Positions 18,758 to 30,162 of a stretch of 64,000 nt of DNA are shown here, one piece after another (the stretch's first letter is position 1; each line of letters starts with the position of its first letter). Location of the stretch: positions 609-64,608 of the forward strand of contig JAPPJI010000025.1 of the NCBI GenBank assembly GCA_028820405.1. Direction: 5' to 3'. A model generated the notes under the pieces. That model was not told the DNA's origin. It ran no database searches and was given only the letters and a program-made list of their open reading frames with translations. Source of the stretch: Candidatus Kaiserbacteria bacterium (GTDB lineage: Bacteria > Patescibacteriota > Minisyncoccia > Phycocordibacterales > JABAAK01). A program made the position numbers and the translations under genes.

Positions 18758-18792
18758 TACTTCTAGTATAGTATGATTGATTGCGGTGGGTG

Positions 18793-20022
18793 TCAGGAAA
18801 GAAATGACTGTGATCGTTTTTTTCGATGCCGAGACATGGCAAATCGATGTGCCTCAGTGTTTGACGTGATAATGACCCGTTCGTGTTCAGAAGCGAGTGA
18901 TGCGTCACCGAGAACCTCACGCGGTTTGTGTCGCTCATCTTTGACCACAGAGACAATCGGTATGCTCAATCCATAATCAGAGAGAATTCGTTCTGCGGCA
19001 CGAAGGTGTGCTTTGCCGCCATCGACAACAATGAGTTGCGGAAGCCGCCACTCCGCGTGACCGAGTCGACGAGTGAGTATCTCTCGCAAACCGGCAATGT
19101 CGTCACCCGGCACCGAATGGATAGTGAAGGTGCGGTAATCGGTAAATGACCGTTCACCGTTAATGAATGCAACCATAACACCGATTGCCTGTTTACCACC
19201 GAGGTGTGCAATATCGTACGCTTCGACCCGAAATGCCGTGTCACTTTCATCAACCAGCTCATCCCGCTTAATCAGGTGAACATCTTGAATATGAGTAAGC
19301 GAGAGGATGCGTCGACGAAGGACTTCGGCTTCTTCGAATTCCTGTTCCTGTACATGATCCCGCATCTCACGCTCAAGCAGGGTAATGAGTTGTTTTTTCT
19401 TTCCCTCAAACACCATACGGATCTCACGAATCCGTTTTTTATACTGCTCTGCATCCACCTCACCGGAACAGACACCGGGACAGAGTCCGATCTGGGCTCT
19501 GAAACACGGTCGCGTTCGACCTGCCGCAGCAGGAGTGCAGGTATCACGAAACGGCAGCAGCTTCCTGATCACACGCAATGCTTCTTTTAGGATTGACCCC
19601 CGGGGAAACGGTCCGTAGGTGTATCGAAAAGAGGTGCCGGGAACACCTCTTTCAAGATCACGGCCACGAACAACGAGAACCCGGGGAAACTCCTCATCGG
19701 TAATGCCAACATACTGAAAACTCTTATTATCCTTATCCACCACATTGTACGCCGGCTCATGTTTTTTAATGAGGTGTGCTTCTAAAATGTATGCCTCAAG
19801 GACACTGTCCGTCTCCTTCGTCTCAATCCGCTCTGTTTTCAGAAGTGCATCCACCATCCGCTGTCCGCGGTCCGCACCAAGACGCTCTGAAAAATAGCTC
19901 CGAATACGGTCTTGTAAATTGGTAGCCCGACCGACATAGAGAATCGTATCCTCAGCATCGAGGAAGAGGTATGCCCCCGGACCGTCTGAAAAAGCTGTAA
20001 AATCAACGTCTTTTCTGTCCAC
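18793..20022 (-). CDS. uvrC: Excinuclease ABC subunit C (short form, no C-terminal HhH)
   Basis: GIY-YIG (GAYLF..ILYVGRATNL..RIRSYF), Cys cluster, UVR coil, EAYDIAH, LPQLIVVDGG, EAHRFA. Confidence 0.9.
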   Translation of the reverse strand: MDRKDVDFTAFSDGPGAYLFLDAEDTILYVGRATNLQDRIRSYFSERLGADRGQRMVDALLKTERIETKETDSVLEAYILEAHLIKKHEPAYNVVDKDNKSFQYVGITDEEFPRVLVVRGRDLERGVPGTSFRYTYGPFPRGSILKEALRVIRKLLPFRDTCTPAAAGRTRPCFRAQIGLCPGVCSGEVDAEQYKKRIREIRMVFEGKKKQLITLLEREMRDHVQEQEFEEAEVLRRRILSLTHIQDVHLIKRDELVDESDTAFRVEAYDIAHLGGKQAIGVMVAFINGERSFTDYRTFTIHSVPGDDIAGLREILTRRLGHAEWRLPQLIVVDGGKAHLRAAERILSDYGLSIPIVSVVKDERHKPREVLGDASLASEHERVIITSNTEAHRFAMSRHRKKRSQSFLS

Positions 20023-20100
20023 ACCCCCATATTACCATGCCCAGAAAGCCATGCCATACCAGCCACTTGACTTTATGTAAAGAATATTATATATATGTAA

Positions 20101-20196
20101 CTAGGTGGTTGGTCTACGGAAAAACAATGTAATTGATTCCGTCGAGGACCCCACCATAGTGCACGGGCGACTCCCCCGCCCGTGCCTGTTTTACTT
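20101..20196 (+). ncRNA. Candidate stand-alone ~95-nt hairpin sRNA
   Basis: TTGACT(20067)-N17-TATATA promoter; 59-nt interrupted hairpin; terminator gcacgggcg/cgcccgtgc plus T-rich tail; no ORF. Confidence 0.5.
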
Positions 20197-20276
20197 TATA
20201 CATCTCACACGAAGCGCCATTCACATTACTAAATTACCTAACAAATTATCTGAATGACGCTTCGTGAGGGATGGAT

Positions 20277-20310
20277 AAAAAGAAGCCCACCGAATATCTC
20301 GGTGGGCTTC
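20277..20310 (-). terminator. Intrinsic terminator of the Arg-rich peptide gene
   Basis: GAAGCCCACCGA/TCGGTGGGCTTC 12-bp stem followed by U-tract on the minus strand. Confidence 0.8.
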
Positions 20311-20367
20311 GTCATTGCACGCCACCATATGGTGATCAGTGCTGTGAGAGCAGTGCCTCTCCCCACA

Positions 20368-20535
20368 TTATTTGTCCGGTCCGCCACCTCTGCTGCTGGC
20401 GACACCTCGTCCCGTTCGACCGTAACGCTTGTTTGCACTCTGACGTCGTCGGGGACGCCTCCGTCTCCGATTTACCGCAATTCCGGTAGCCAAAGGCTCC
20501 TTCTGCTGACGGATAGGACTGCACTTACTCCCCAT
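20368..20535 (-). CDS. 55-aa Arg-rich basic peptide
   Basis: SD TAAGGAGG then ATG; MGSKCSPIRQQKEPLATGIAVNRRRRRPRRRQSANKRYGRTGRGVASSRGGGPDK; TATACT upstream; own terminator. Confidence 0.55.
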   Translation of the reverse strand: MGSKCSPIRQQKEPLATGIAVNRRRRRPRRRQSANKRYGRTGRGVASSRGGGPDK

Positions 20536-20664
20536 AAGACCCTCCTTAGTTGTGTAAAAGATAAAGAGACCCTGCGAGGAGACCGGTTCCTCACAGATTT
20601 GTAGTATACAACAATACGCACTGCCGTGCACACAATCACAATAAATATCTTCTTTTGTCAACTA

Positions 20665-23286
20665 TTATTTCTTTCGCTCCTTTCCGAGCATCTTCTTTAG
20701 ATAAGTGCCGGTATGGCTCTTTGCAGTGGCAGCCACCGCTTCCGGCGTACCCTTCGCGACAATAGTGCCGCCGTCTGCACCGCCTTCAGGACCCATATCA
20801 ATCACATAGTCGCAGCTCTTGATCACATCAAGGTTGTGTTCGATGAGGAGCACCGTATTTCCCCGATCAACGAGACGATTTAAAATCTCAATCAAGCGGG
20901 CAACATCTTCATAGTGGAGCCCCACCGTCGGCTCATCGAGAAGGTATATCGTTCGATGCAGGTCAGGCCGATAAAGCTCTGATGCAATTTTGACCCGCTG
21001 TGCCTCTCCGCCGGAGAGTGTCGTTGACGGCTGACCGAGTTCAAGGTATCCGAGACCGACATCAACAAGTGTCTTGAGCCGGTCATGAATAGCGGGGATG
21101 TCTTTGAAAAACACTTCGGCCTCTTCGACAGACATACTGAGCACATCGTGAATATTTTTTTCCCGATAGAGGATGCTGAGCACCTCTTTGCTGTACCGCT
21201 TGCCGAAACAGGAATCACAGACAACGTACATCGTCGGCAGAAAGTGCATTTCGACTGCAATTGACCCGTTCCCCTGACACTTCTCACACCGACCGCCGGT
21301 GACGTTGAAAGAAAATCGTCCCGGCTTCCAGCCACGATACCGGGCTTCCGCTGTTGATGCAAAAAGATCTCTGATGTGGGTGAAGGCACCGACGTAGGTA
21401 ACCGGCGTGGATCGAGGGGTCCGACCGATCGGAGACTGGTCGACGAGAATCGCCCGATGCAGTTTTTCATACCCTGAGAACGAAGCGGCATGCATCGGTT
21501 TTGCAACAGCAAGTCTTGGTTCAAGCTTGTGTCGCAGGTTGAGGTAGATGAGGTCATGGAGCAGCGTTGATTTTCCGGATCCGGAGACACCGGTGATCGC
21601 AGTGATTTTACCCAGCGGCACGTCGATAGAAACATTTTGTATGTTGTTCGCCGATGCACCCTTCAGTGACAAAGCCCCATCGTCATTTGTCCGACGCTTC
21701 TCCGGCACGGCAATTGTTCGATCACCGCGCAGATATGCAAGGGTCAGTGACCCTGAAGTGTTTCGCTTCTTGGCAAGGAGGTGGTCAAGAAATCCTGAAA
21801 CCACCACCTCACCGCCGTGCAACCCGGCCTTCGGACCGATATCAACGAGGTAGTCTGACGCGAAGATGGTGTCCTCGTCATGCTCAACAACAATGATAGT
21901 ATTGCCGAGGTCACGGAGACGGATCAGTGTCTGAATCAATCGGTCATTGTCACGCTGGTGGAGTCCGATAGTGGGCTCATCAAGTACATACAGTGCACCG
22001 ACCAGTCCTGACCCGAGCTGCGACGCGAGCCTGATACGCTGTGACTCACCGCCGGAGAGTGTGTTCGCACGACGATCAAGGGTAATATACGAAAGACCGA
22101 CATCGTCGAGAAAGGAAATTCTGCTTTCAATCTCATTGAGCAAAGGTGCTGCGATCTCCCGTTGCTGATCGGAGAGGTCAATCTGTTTGAAAAACGACGT
22201 TGATTCGGCGATCGTGAGGGTAGTGATACTGGAGATGGTTGAGAGATTTCCCGATGTATCTTTAAGAAAGACGTGGAGCGCCTCAGGACGGAGCCGCGAT
22301 CCCTGGCAGGTCTTGCAGACATCATCGGAAAAGTACTCAGCGTGACCAAGTCCGTTACAATCCGGACATGCACCGTACGGCGAGTTGAATGAAAAGAGGC
22401 GGGGCTCAATCTCCGGGAACGAGAAACCGCAGACCGGACAGAGAAACCGCGAGGAGACGAGACTGTCGCTCTCATCAGGGTAGAAGAATCGAACCAGGCC
22501 GTCAGCTTCGTGAATTGACCGATCAACGGCATCCGACAAACGTTCCCGAAATACACCGGGGTCCTTCGCATAGTCACTGAGGTAGAGGGAGTCAACGAGG
22601 ATGTCAACATCGTGCTTCTTGTTCTTGTCCATCACAATACGGGTCCGCAGACTTTGCAGTGTGCCGTCAATGCGTGCAGTCTCATACCCTTTCCGCAGCA
22701 GATCGTAGAGCAGTTGGTAGTGCTCTCCTTTTCGACCGATGACAACGGGGGCAAATACCTGAATGATACGATCATTGAGAGGAACCTTCGCAACAGTCTT
22801 TGTCTTGCTTAACCACTTCTCTTCTTTGATTTTTTTTTCAACGGTACGAATAATGTCATCTTTGGAAACCTTCTCTATAACACGAGAACACGTCGGACAG
22901 TGCGGTGTGCCGACCCGGGAGAAGAGGACACGGAGGTAGTCATACAGCTCGGTAATCGTCGCAACTGTTGACCGAGGGTTATTGGAACGATTCTTCTGAT
23001 CAATGGATATTGCCGGCGAGAGACCGGATATCTCCCGCACCTCCGGCTTTTGCATCTGTCGAAGAAACTGCCGTGCATACGTTGAAAGTGATTCAATGTA
23101 CCGTCGCTGTCCTTCAGCAAAAATGGTATCAAACGCGAGTGATGATTTCCCTGACCCCGAAAGACCGGTGCAGACGGTCAGCATGTTGCGGGGAATATCA
23201 ACGTCAATATCTTTCAGGTTATGTGTCGCCGCACCACGAATCCGTATCCAGTCATCCTCTGTTTTTTTCTTCTTTGCCGTTGCCAT
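20665..23286 (-). CDS. uvrA: Excinuclease ABC subunit A
   Basis: Two ABC modules ([18 protein letters not shown]; [16 protein letters not shown]) and zinc fingers. Confidence 0.98.
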   Translation of the reverse strand: MATAKKKKTEDDWIRIRGAATHNLKDIDVDIPRNMLTVCTGLSGSGKSSLAFDTIFAEGQRRYIESLSTYARQFLRQMQKPEVREISGLSPAISIDQKNRSNNPRSTVATITELYDYLRVLFSRVGTPHCPTCSRVIEKVSKDDIIRTVEKKIKEEKWLSKTKTVAKVPLNDRIIQVFAPVVIGRKGEHYQLLYDLLRKGYETARIDGTLQSLRTRIVMDKNKKHDVDILVDSLYLSDYAKDPGVFRERLSDAVDRSIHEADGLVRFFYPDESDSLVSSRFLCPVCGFSFPEIEPRLFSFNSPYGACPDCNGLGHAEYFSDDVCKTCQGSRLRPEALHVFLKDTSGNLSTISSITTLTIAESTSFFKQIDLSDQQREIAAPLLNEIESRISFLDDVGLSYITLDRRANTLSGGESQRIRLASQLGSGLVGALYVLDEPTIGLHQRDNDRLIQTLIRLRDLGNTIIVVEHDEDTIFASDYLVDIGPKAGLHGGEVVVSGFLDHLLAKKRNTSGSLTLAYLRGDRTIAVPEKRRTNDDGALSLKGASANNIQNVSIDVPLGKITAITGVSGSGKSTLLHDLIYLNLRHKLEPRLAVAKPMHAASFSGYEKLHRAILVDQSPIGRTPRSTPVTYVGAFTHIRDLFASTAEARYRGWKPGRFSFNVTGGRCEKCQGNGSIAVEMHFLPTMYVVCDSCFGKRYSKEVLSILYREKNIHDVLSMSVEEAEVFFKDIPAIHDRLKTLVDVGLGYLELGQPSTTLSGGEAQRVKIASELYRPDLHRTIYLLDEPTVGLHYEDVARLIEILNRLVDRGNTVLLIEHNLDVIKSCDYVIDMGPEGGADGGTIVAKGTPEAVAATAKSHTGTYLKKMLGKERKK

Positions 23287-23288
23287 AT

Positions 23289-25037
23289 CTACGAGAACAC
23301 GTCATTCTCCCGGGCAAAACGTTCACAGCAGTCAGCAAGCGATATCACCTCTTTGCTCTCCCCGTGCTCAAGTGTCACGGAACGCCGTTCCGCCTCTTTT
23401 GAGCCAACGACCACCCGATACGGCAGGTGTTCTGCATACGCTTTCGCAACCCGCTTGCCGATCGGTTCATGTGCCAGATCAGCGTCCGCACGAATACCGT
23501 GAGAGCGAAGCGTTGCAAGCACTTCATGTGCATACGCATGTGCATCAGGATTGATCGGAAGGACGCGAACCTGCAGCGGTGCGAGGAAGAACGGAAATAC
23601 TCCTGCAAAGTGTTCAATCATGATGCCGAGAAACCGCTCAATAGATCCGGTCACCGCACGGTGGATCATGACCGGTGTCTTCTTTTTCCCGTCCGTGTCA
23701 ACGTAGGTGAGAGAAAATCGCTCGGGCATAACGAAGTCCAGCTGGATCGTTGCAAGCTGCCAGGTTCTGCCGATAGAATCTTTAAAGTGAAAATCAATCT
23801 TCGGACCATAGAATGCGGCTTCACCGGGCTCTTCGGAAAACGAAAGACCCTTTTTGCGAAGAGCATCAGCGAGCACCTGCTCGGCATGCTGCCACGTCGC
23901 ATCATCACCGAGATATTTCTCCCTATCACCCCCCCGAGTTGAAAGAAGAATGGTGCAATCATCCCCTTTGAAAAAACCGAGTGCCCGGTACCAGGTCTCG
24001 ATAAACGAAATGGTGGACGCAACCTCGTCTTCAATCTGATCAGGAGTACAGAAGATGTGACCGTCATCCTGCGTCAGACTCAGCACCCGTGTCAGACCGA
24101 GCAGCTCCCCTTTCTGCTCGTCGCGATACACCGTTGTCTGTTCTGCATACCGAACCGGCAGGTCATGGTAGCTTTTAGGTGAGCTTGCATAAACCTGCGT
24201 GTGGTGCGGACAGTTCATGGGCTTGAGAACAAACGAATCGTGCCGACCTTGCACCGAGAACAACTCATCACCAAATTTATCCCAGTGACCGGATTGCTCA
24301 TAGAGGTCCTGTTTTGCAAGGTGCGGTATCCAGATACGTTCATAGCCGTGTCGATCAAGAAGTACCGACAGTGCCTGCTCAATTGCATGACGAAGTGCAG
24401 TGCCGCGAGGAGTAAAGAGCGGGAGACCGGGACCGACCAGCGGCGAAAATGAGAAGAGACCGAGCTTTTTTCCGAGCGTTCGGTGATCACGCTTCTTTGC
24501 CTCCTCAAGCATCTGCACGTGGCTTTCAAGGTCTTCTCGCGAATCAAACGCGAGACCATAGACCCGGGTCAGCATGTCATTCTTCTCGTCACCCCGCCAG
24601 TATGCACCGGCAACTGACCGGAGCGTAAAGCCGTCCATGCATACCTCTTGCAGAGAATCCGCATGACCGCCGCCGCAAAGATCCGTAAAGTCACCCGATG
24701 TGTACAGTGACAAGTCCGACCCTTCCTTTTCGATCTGATCAATGAGTTCCAATTTATACGGATTATTAGCAAAGAGGTCACGAGCTTCGTTAACAGAGAT
24801 GACCCGTCGATCAAACAAAGTCCACGCCGGTGCAATGTCCCGCATCTTTTGCTCAATGACCGGAAGATCGTCAACAGAGAGCGGTGAGGGGAGCAGGGCG
24901 TCGTAGTAGAATCCGTCATCCGTGGCAGGACCGATAGCAAGTTTCGTCCCGGGATACATATCTACCAGAGCAGCACCGAGGAGGTGTGCCAGTGAATGAC
25001 GTCGCCGTTGCAGCCTGTCGTCAGAGCGCATACTCAT
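23289..25037 (-). CDS. thrS: Threonine--tRNA ligase
   Basis: [53 protein letters not shown]. Confidence 0.98.
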   Translation of the reverse strand: MSMRSDDRLQRRRHSLAHLLGAALVDMYPGTKLAIGPATDDGFYYDALLPSPLSVDDLPVIEQKMRDIAPAWTLFDRRVISVNEARDLFANNPYKLELIDQIEKEGSDLSLYTSGDFTDLCGGGHADSLQEVCMDGFTLRSVAGAYWRGDEKNDMLTRVYGLAFDSREDLESHVQMLEEAKKRDHRTLGKKLGLFSFSPLVGPGLPLFTPRGTALRHAIEQALSVLLDRHGYERIWIPHLAKQDLYEQSGHWDKFGDELFSVQGRHDSFVLKPMNCPHHTQVYASSPKSYHDLPVRYAEQTTVYRDEQKGELLGLTRVLSLTQDDGHIFCTPDQIEDEVASTISFIETWYRALGFFKGDDCTILLSTRGGDREKYLGDDATWQHAEQVLADALRKKGLSFSEEPGEAAFYGPKIDFHFKDSIGRTWQLATIQLDFVMPERFSLTYVDTDGKKKTPVMIHRAVTGSIERFLGIMIEHFAGVFPFFLAPLQVRVLPINPDAHAYAHEVLATLRSHGIRADADLAHEPIGKRVAKAYAEHLPYRVVVGSKEAERRSVTLEHGESKEVISLADCCERFARENDVFS

Positions 25038-25064
25038 ACAGGGTATCACGAGCAGGAAAAACCT

Positions 25065-25517
25065 TCAAAACCCGTCGTCATGCATAAACGGACCGCGTGC
25101 TGATGCCCTGGTAGCGAGACTATCTGCCGTCTCGTTCCCTTCCTCATTTGAGTGACCCTTGATCCATCGAAACGCAACATGGCTGCCAACCAGCCGGTGG
25201 AGATGTTGCCAGAGATCTTTGTTTTTCACCGGTCGCCTGTTTGCCGTTTGCCATCCGTTCTTCTCCCATCCGGTCATCCACTGCGTGATGCCTTTCCGTG
25301 CATACTCACTGTCGGTCCAGACGGTGACCTGCTCGGCATCGCCATACTTTTCAAGCACGGCAATAATGGCACGGAGTTCCATGCGATTATTCGTTGTTTT
25401 GTAGTATCCCTGAGAAAAGGTGTGGTCAATCGCTCCGTCCTTGTACACCACCGCACCAATGCCGCCAGGACCCGGATTTCCCTTACATGAGCCGTCGGTG
25501 TAGACTTCATACCGCAT
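25065..25517 (-). CDS. rnhA: Ribonuclease HI
   Basis: YTDGSCKGNPGPGG, TTNNRMEL, TDSEY, VKNKDLW, WIKGH, NETADSLA. Confidence 0.97.
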   Translation of the reverse strand: MRYEVYTDGSCKGNPGPGGIGAVVYKDGAIDHTFSQGYYKTTNNRMELRAIIAVLEKYGDAEQVTVWTDSEYARKGITQWMTGWEKNGWQTANRRPVKNKDLWQHLHRLVGSHVAFRWIKGHSNEEGNETADSLATRASARGPFMHDDGF

Positions 25518-25609
25518 ATACACACGAAGGATACCACGGCACAGATGCCCTGAACAGCCGAAAAGGGCAGCATACGAAACGGAAAATACATGCGATACTC
25601 TATACATAT

Positions 25610-27772
25610 ATGGCACGGAAAAAACGAGGTCAGCCGGATGCAGACGAATATGATGAGGAGGAACATCATGATCGATCGCGGGTAAAAAGTATTGTTGTTG
25701 GCTGTTTTTGTATCCTGATTGCCCTCTTTCTCTCGCTTGCTGCCGTTGATGCTGCCGGGTCACTCGGCATGATGGCAAAATCGAGGCTCTTCATGAGTCC
25801 GGACAATGCCCTCCCCATCCTCGGCTGGAGCTACGTTACCGCCATTGTTCTCTTTCTCATCTTCGGTATCTACCTCATCACACAAACACGACATATCTCA
25901 CTTGTCCGCCTCTTCATCGGCGGAGCGATCGCTTTTATCAGCTTTGCCCTCTTCTTTTCAGCAAGTGCAACTGAAGCGGCAGGCGGTCTCGTTGGCACCA
26001 ACCTCTTCATGACACTCCAGGAACTCCTCGGCTTTTTCTCATACATTCTCATCCCGATTGGTATCGTGGGATCACTCTGGACACTCGGCGTGTTCTCCCC
26101 TATCAACGTCTGGGAATGGGCAACAAGTCATGAGTGGTTTGAGGAGGAGGAAGATGATGACGAGGAGGAAGATGAAGATGGTGAGGAAGAGGACGAGGAG
26201 GAAGATGATGACGAAGAAGATGACTATGATGGCGAAGGCACATATGACTATGACAATGACGAGGAAGAGGGCGGTGAGGAGGAGGAAGGTCAGTCTGCTG
26301 CCGCTCACCAGCCAGACGCATACATTGCCCCACCGCTCTCCCTTCTCAACGCGGAAAAGGGTCACGGGCGATCAGAGAACACAAAAACACAGGCAAACGC
26401 TATCAGGCGTACACTCCGCAACTTCAAGGTCAACGTCGAAGTTGAAGAGATCACCGTCGGACCGACGTTCACTCAGTACGCAGTCCGCCCTGCCGAAGGT
26501 GTCAGGCTCTCACGCATCACCGGATTGCAGCAGAACCTTGAATTGGCACTCGCGGCACACCCGATCCGTATCGAGGCACCGATCCCCGGTCAATCGCTGG
26601 TCGGTATTGAAGTGCCGAATACGATACGGGCGATGGTCGGGCTTCGCACCCTTCTTGAGTCAAAGAGTTTCACGTCAATGCGAGAGTCATCACTCCCGCT
26701 CGTACTCGGAAAAACTATCACCGGATCAGTCTCCGTCAAATCACTCGTGAAGATGCCGCACGTCCTCGTTGCCGGCACCACCGGATCAGGAAAAAGTGTT
26801 CTCATCCACAACTTCATCCTCTCCCTCCTCTTCTCGTACAGCCCGAACGACCTTCGATTCATTTTTATCGACCCGAAGCGTGTCGAGCTCACCCTCTACA
26901 AAGGAATCCCCCACCTCTACACCGCTCCGATTACCGAACCGAAAAAGGCACTGCAGGCACTCGTCTGGATTGTCTCGGAAATGGAACGGCGATATGAACT
27001 TCTGGAAAACCTCGGTGCACGGGATATCACCTCGTACAACAAAAAGGTTGACGAACAGGGAGAACACCTCCCCTACCTCGTCGTGATCATCGACGAACTC
27101 GCTGATCTCATGCAGAGCTTCCCGCGGGAGATTGAGGGAAACATCGTTCGCATTGCCCAGAAGAGCCGGGCTGTCGGCATCCACCTCATCATCTCCACCC
27201 AGCGACCTTCCGTCAACATCATCACCGGTGTCGTCAAAGCAAATATTCCCGTTCGTATTGCCCTGCAAGTTGCCTCAAATGTTGACTCCCGAACGATTCT
27301 TGACACACCTGGGGCTGAAAACCTCATCGGTAACGGTGACCTTCTCTTCTCGTCATCTGACAGCAAGAAACCGGTGCGCATGCAGTCAGCATTTGTCACA
27401 GAAGAAGAGGTTCGGTCTGTCGCAAAACACCTCCTTGAGCACAATGGTGTTGCGGAAAACCTTATTGACGTTACGGCAAAACAAGACGGCGGAAACGGCA
27501 TCAGCGTGGGAGGCGGATCAGACGACAGTGAGGACAACCTGTACCCGGAAGCTCTTGCCATCGTGATTGAATCGCAAAAAGCATCAACATCGCTGTTGCA
27601 AAGAAAACTGAAGATTGGGTACTCTCGAGCCGCACGACTCATTGATATGCTTGAAGAACAGGGAGTGATTGGTCCGCAGGTCGGATCAAAAGCCCGGGAA
27701 GTGCTCGTCGGCGAAGAGGAGACCGGTCTTGACCAAACGGACAGAGAAGATGACGAACCTGAGAACGGATAG
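25610..27772 (+). CDS. ftsK: DNA translocase FtsK/SpoIIIE
   Basis: N-terminal TMs, acidic linker, PHVLVAGTTGSGKS, IIDELADLM, TQRPSV, gamma domain STSLLQRKLKIGYSRAARLID. Confidence 0.97.
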   Translation: MARKKRGQPDADEYDEEEHHDRSRVKSIVVGCFCILIALFLSLAAVDAAGSLGMMAKSRLFMSPDNALPILGWSYVTAIVLFLIFGIYLITQTRHISLVRLFIGGAIAFISFALFFSASATEAAGGLVGTNLFMTLQELLGFFSYILIPIGIVGSLWTLGVFSPINVWEWATSHEWFEEEEDDDEEEDEDGEEEDEEEDDDEEDDYDGEGTYDYDNDEEEGGEEEEGQSAAAHQPDAYIAPPLSLLNAEKGHGRSENTKTQANAIRRTLRNFKVNVEVEEITVGPTFTQYAVRPAEGVRLSRITGLQQNLELALAAHPIRIEAPIPGQSLVGIEVPNTIRAMVGLRTLLESKSFTSMRESSLPLVLGKTITGSVSVKSLVKMPHVLVAGTTGSGKSVLIHNFILSLLFSYSPNDLRFIFIDPKRVELTLYKGIPHLYTAPITEPKKALQALVWIVSEMERRYELLENLGARDITSYNKKVDEQGEHLPYLVVIIDELADLMQSFPREIEGNIVRIAQKSRAVGIHLIISTQRPSVNIITGVVKANIPVRIALQVASNVDSRTILDTPGAENLIGNGDLLFSSSDSKKPVRMQSAFVTEEEVRSVAKHLLEHNGVAENLIDVTAKQDGGNGISVGGGSDDSEDNLYPEALAIVIESQKASTSLLQRKLKIGYSRAARLIDMLEEQGVIGPQVGSKAREVLVGEEETGLDQTDREDDEPENG
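26138..26290 (+). repeat. Low-complexity GAR/GAY tract encoding a ~50-aa poly-Asp/Glu linker in FtsK
   Basis: EEEEDDDEEEDEDGEEEDEEEDDDEEDDYDGEG... Confidence 0.9.
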
Positions 27773-27775
27773 CGT

Positions 27776-28126
27776 ATGCGGTTGCTCAGTATCGCCGTCA
27801 TACTCCTCGTTGTTGTCACCATCACCTACGCAGGTATCCGTTCACAGACCCTCTTCTTCGGACCGCCGATCACCATCACTACCCCGGCGGCTCATGCACC
27901 CGTGCCGCAGGTGCTCACCGTCGTCGGTCAGACGGATCAGGCAACCTATCTCGCCATAAATGACCAGCGGGTACACCCGAATCTGGACGGACATTTTGAG
28001 CACACGCTCGTTCTGCCGGTAGGGTATACTGTCATACAAGTGTATACGAGAAATCGTCACGCACGAGAACACGTTATCCATCTCCCAATCGACGTTTATG
28101 ACTCCATTCAAGAAGAAATCAAGTAG
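27776..28126 (+). CDS. Small membrane-anchored Ig-like beta-sandwich protein
   Basis: TM then GPPITITTP...VVGQT...INDQ...[19 protein letters not shown]. Confidence 0.7.
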   Translation: MRLLSIAVILLVVVTITYAGIRSQTLFFGPPITITTPAAHAPVPQVLTVVGQTDQATYLAINDQRVHPNLDGHFEHTLVLPVGYTVIQVYTRNRHAREHVIHLPIDVYDSIQEEIK

Positions 28127-29132
28127 TAAGAAGAAAGCTGCACCGGCAAAAAAGAAGCGGGTTGACTCGCTCTCGGCCGCTCTCTCAAGCATCCAGACTA
28201 AGTTTGGCGAGGAATCCATTATGACGATGGGCGAACGCCCGAAACAACGCATTGAAGCAGTTCCCACAGGCTCACTCGGTCTCGATACTGCTATCGGCAT
28301 CGGGGGTGTTCCGAGAGGACGCATCATTGAAATCTTCGGACCGGAATCGTCGGGAAAAACAACGCTGGCACTCCACATTGTCGCTGAGGCACAGAAACAG
28401 GGGGGTGTCTGTGCGTTCATTGACGCAGAACACGCCCTTGACCCCGAGTATGCGGGTCGCATCGGCGTCAATACCGACAGTCTTCTCATCTCACAACCGG
28501 ACACCGGTGAACAGGCACTTGAAATTACCGACTCACTGGTTCGAACCAATGAGGTTGATGTTATTGTCATTGACTCTGTCGCGGCACTGACACCAAAAGC
28601 TGAAATTGAAGGAGATATGGGTGACCAGCACGTCGGTCGACAGGCACGACTAATGAGCCAGGCACTGCGAAAGCTCACCGCCATCGTCTCCCGATCATCA
28701 ACCGCCATTATTTTTATCAACCAAATTCGCATGCAAATCGGTGTCATGTTCGGTAATCCGGAGACGACACCGGGGGGTAAAGCGCTTAAGTTCTACAGCT
28801 CACTCCGGCTCGATGTCCGTCGCATCGCACAAATTAAAAAATCTGATGAAGTGATGGGTAACCGCGTGCGCATCAAGGTGGTGAAGAACAAGGTGGGGTC
28901 ACCGTATCGAACCGCTGAGTTTGATCTCATGTACAACGAAGGCATCACCAGAGAAGGTGAGTTGCTCGCACTTGGCGAAAAATATGAACTGGTTGAGAAG
29001 CGAGGAGCGTCATATAGCTACGGCGAGCATAAGCTCGGTCGGGGGTATGATGCATCCCGAACGTTTTTGAAAGAAAATAAACCGATTGCAAAGAAACTGG
29101 AAAAGGACATACAAAGCAGTCTCCATGTATGA
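28098..29132 (+). CDS. recA: Recombinase RecA
   Basis: [53 protein letters not shown]. Confidence 0.99.
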   Translation: MTPFKKKSSSKKKAAPAKKKRVDSLSAALSSIQTKFGEESIMTMGERPKQRIEAVPTGSLGLDTAIGIGGVPRGRIIEIFGPESSGKTTLALHIVAEAQKQGGVCAFIDAEHALDPEYAGRIGVNTDSLLISQPDTGEQALEITDSLVRTNEVDVIVIDSVAALTPKAEIEGDMGDQHVGRQARLMSQALRKLTAIVSRSSTAIIFINQIRMQIGVMFGNPETTPGGKALKFYSSLRLDVRRIAQIKKSDEVMGNRVRIKVVKNKVGSPYRTAEFDLMYNEGITREGELLALGEKYELVEKRGASYSYGEHKLGRGYDASRTFLKENKPIAKKLEKDIQSSLHV

Positions 29133-29689
29133 GCCTCACCTACACTGATCTTCGTCCCGGCGTTTTTTTCCGAATGGACGGCGACCTTTACGAAACGATC
29201 AGCACCACCGTCTCTAAAAAGAGTCGGCAAAAAGGATCCGCACAAGCCCGTCTCAAACACCTTACATCAGGAGCCGTTGTATCAAAAACCGTCCGACCGT
29301 CCGACCGCCTTGAGGAGGTGTCGCTGACAAAAAAGACCTACATCTTTATCTATCAAAAAGGAGGTGAAGCGGTGATTCATCCGGAAGGAGTGCCGTCTGA
29401 CCGAATAACCGTTCCTGTATCCGGTGACGGGTACCGCCTCATCCCTTCCGGTCAGACGATAACTGCACTCCTTGACGGCGATGATGTTGTCAGTCTGATG
29501 CTGCCGATAAAGGTGGTGGTATCAGTAACCGATGCACCGCCGTCAATCCGTGGCAACACGACGCAGGGAGGGTCAAAACGGGTCACCGTTGAAACAGGGG
29601 CTTCGGTCACTGTTCCGCTCTTCATTGAAGCAGGAGACCGTATCGTTGTAAAACCGGCAGAAGGTACCTATATTGAACGGGCTCGATAA
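29129..29689 (+). CDS. efp: Elongation factor P
   Basis: DLRPG...[37 protein letters not shown]. Confidence 0.92.
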   Translation: MSLTYTDLRPGVFFRMDGDLYETISTTVSKKSRQKGSAQARLKHLTSGAVVSKTVRPSDRLEEVSLTKKTYIFIYQKGGEAVIHPEGVPSDRITVPVSGDGYRLIPSGQTITALLDGDDVVSLMLPIKVVVSVTDAPPSIRGNTTQGGSKRVTVETGASVTVPLFIEAGDRIVVKPAEGTYIERAR

Positions 29690-29706
29690 CAGGGTTTTTG
29701 CGATAT

Positions 29707-29734
29707 TTGACATATTTTACGTATATTCTATAAT
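29707..29734 (+). promoter_or_regulatory. Consensus sigma70 promoter of orphan 29775
   Basis: TTGACA-N16-TATAAT, followed by SD GGAGG before ATG 29775. Confidence 0.8.
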
Positions 29735-29774
29735 ATAAGTATACGATCGTTCACCTTTTACGGAGGCTGAGATA

Positions 29775-30032
29775 ATGCAAAAATTCATCATCGGCTTATT
29801 AGTCGTTGTCTTTATCGGCGTCGGCGTTGCTATTAGTAGCATCCTCTTCCCCCCTGTGATTGAGATAGAGGCCTGTCACTCTCAGGATGGAAAATATGCT
29901 ACATTTACGTTGCTTGATATCAAAAAAACCGTCAGAACCTCACGCGAATCAACAATCGAGGCGATGACGGAAATGGGCTTTGAAATAGAGCCTACCTCCG
30001 AGAGCTGCTACATCTACCGTAAAACGTTCTGA
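29775..30032 (+). CDS. Small exported orphan protein (paralog family member 1)
   Basis: SD GGAGG, N-terminal TM, TSRESTIEAMTEMGF motif, own terminator. Confidence 0.8.
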   Translation: MQKFIIGLLVVVFIGVGVAISSILFPPVIEIEACHSQDGKYATFTLLDIKKTVRTSRESTIEAMTEMGFEIEPTSESCYIYRKTF

Positions 30033-30039
30033 CCCAAAA

Positions 30040-30075
30040 CACCCCGCAGGTTCTATGCCTGCGGGGTGCTTTTTT
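30040..30075 (+). terminator. Intrinsic terminator
   Basis: CACCCCGCAGG/CCTGCGGGGTG stem plus T6. Confidence 0.85.
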
Positions 30076-30162
30076 CACCCTATCCGGTAACTTGACAAAT
30101 ATTCTATAATATTACATAATATAACTAGTTGAACACTACCCCTCTATCTAGGAGATTATACC

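Noticed and set aside
20238-20620. RNase P RNA or SRP RNA in the uvrC-uvrA gap
   Set aside because: No GAGGAAAGUCC or P4 3' consensus and no SRP helix-8 motif on either strand
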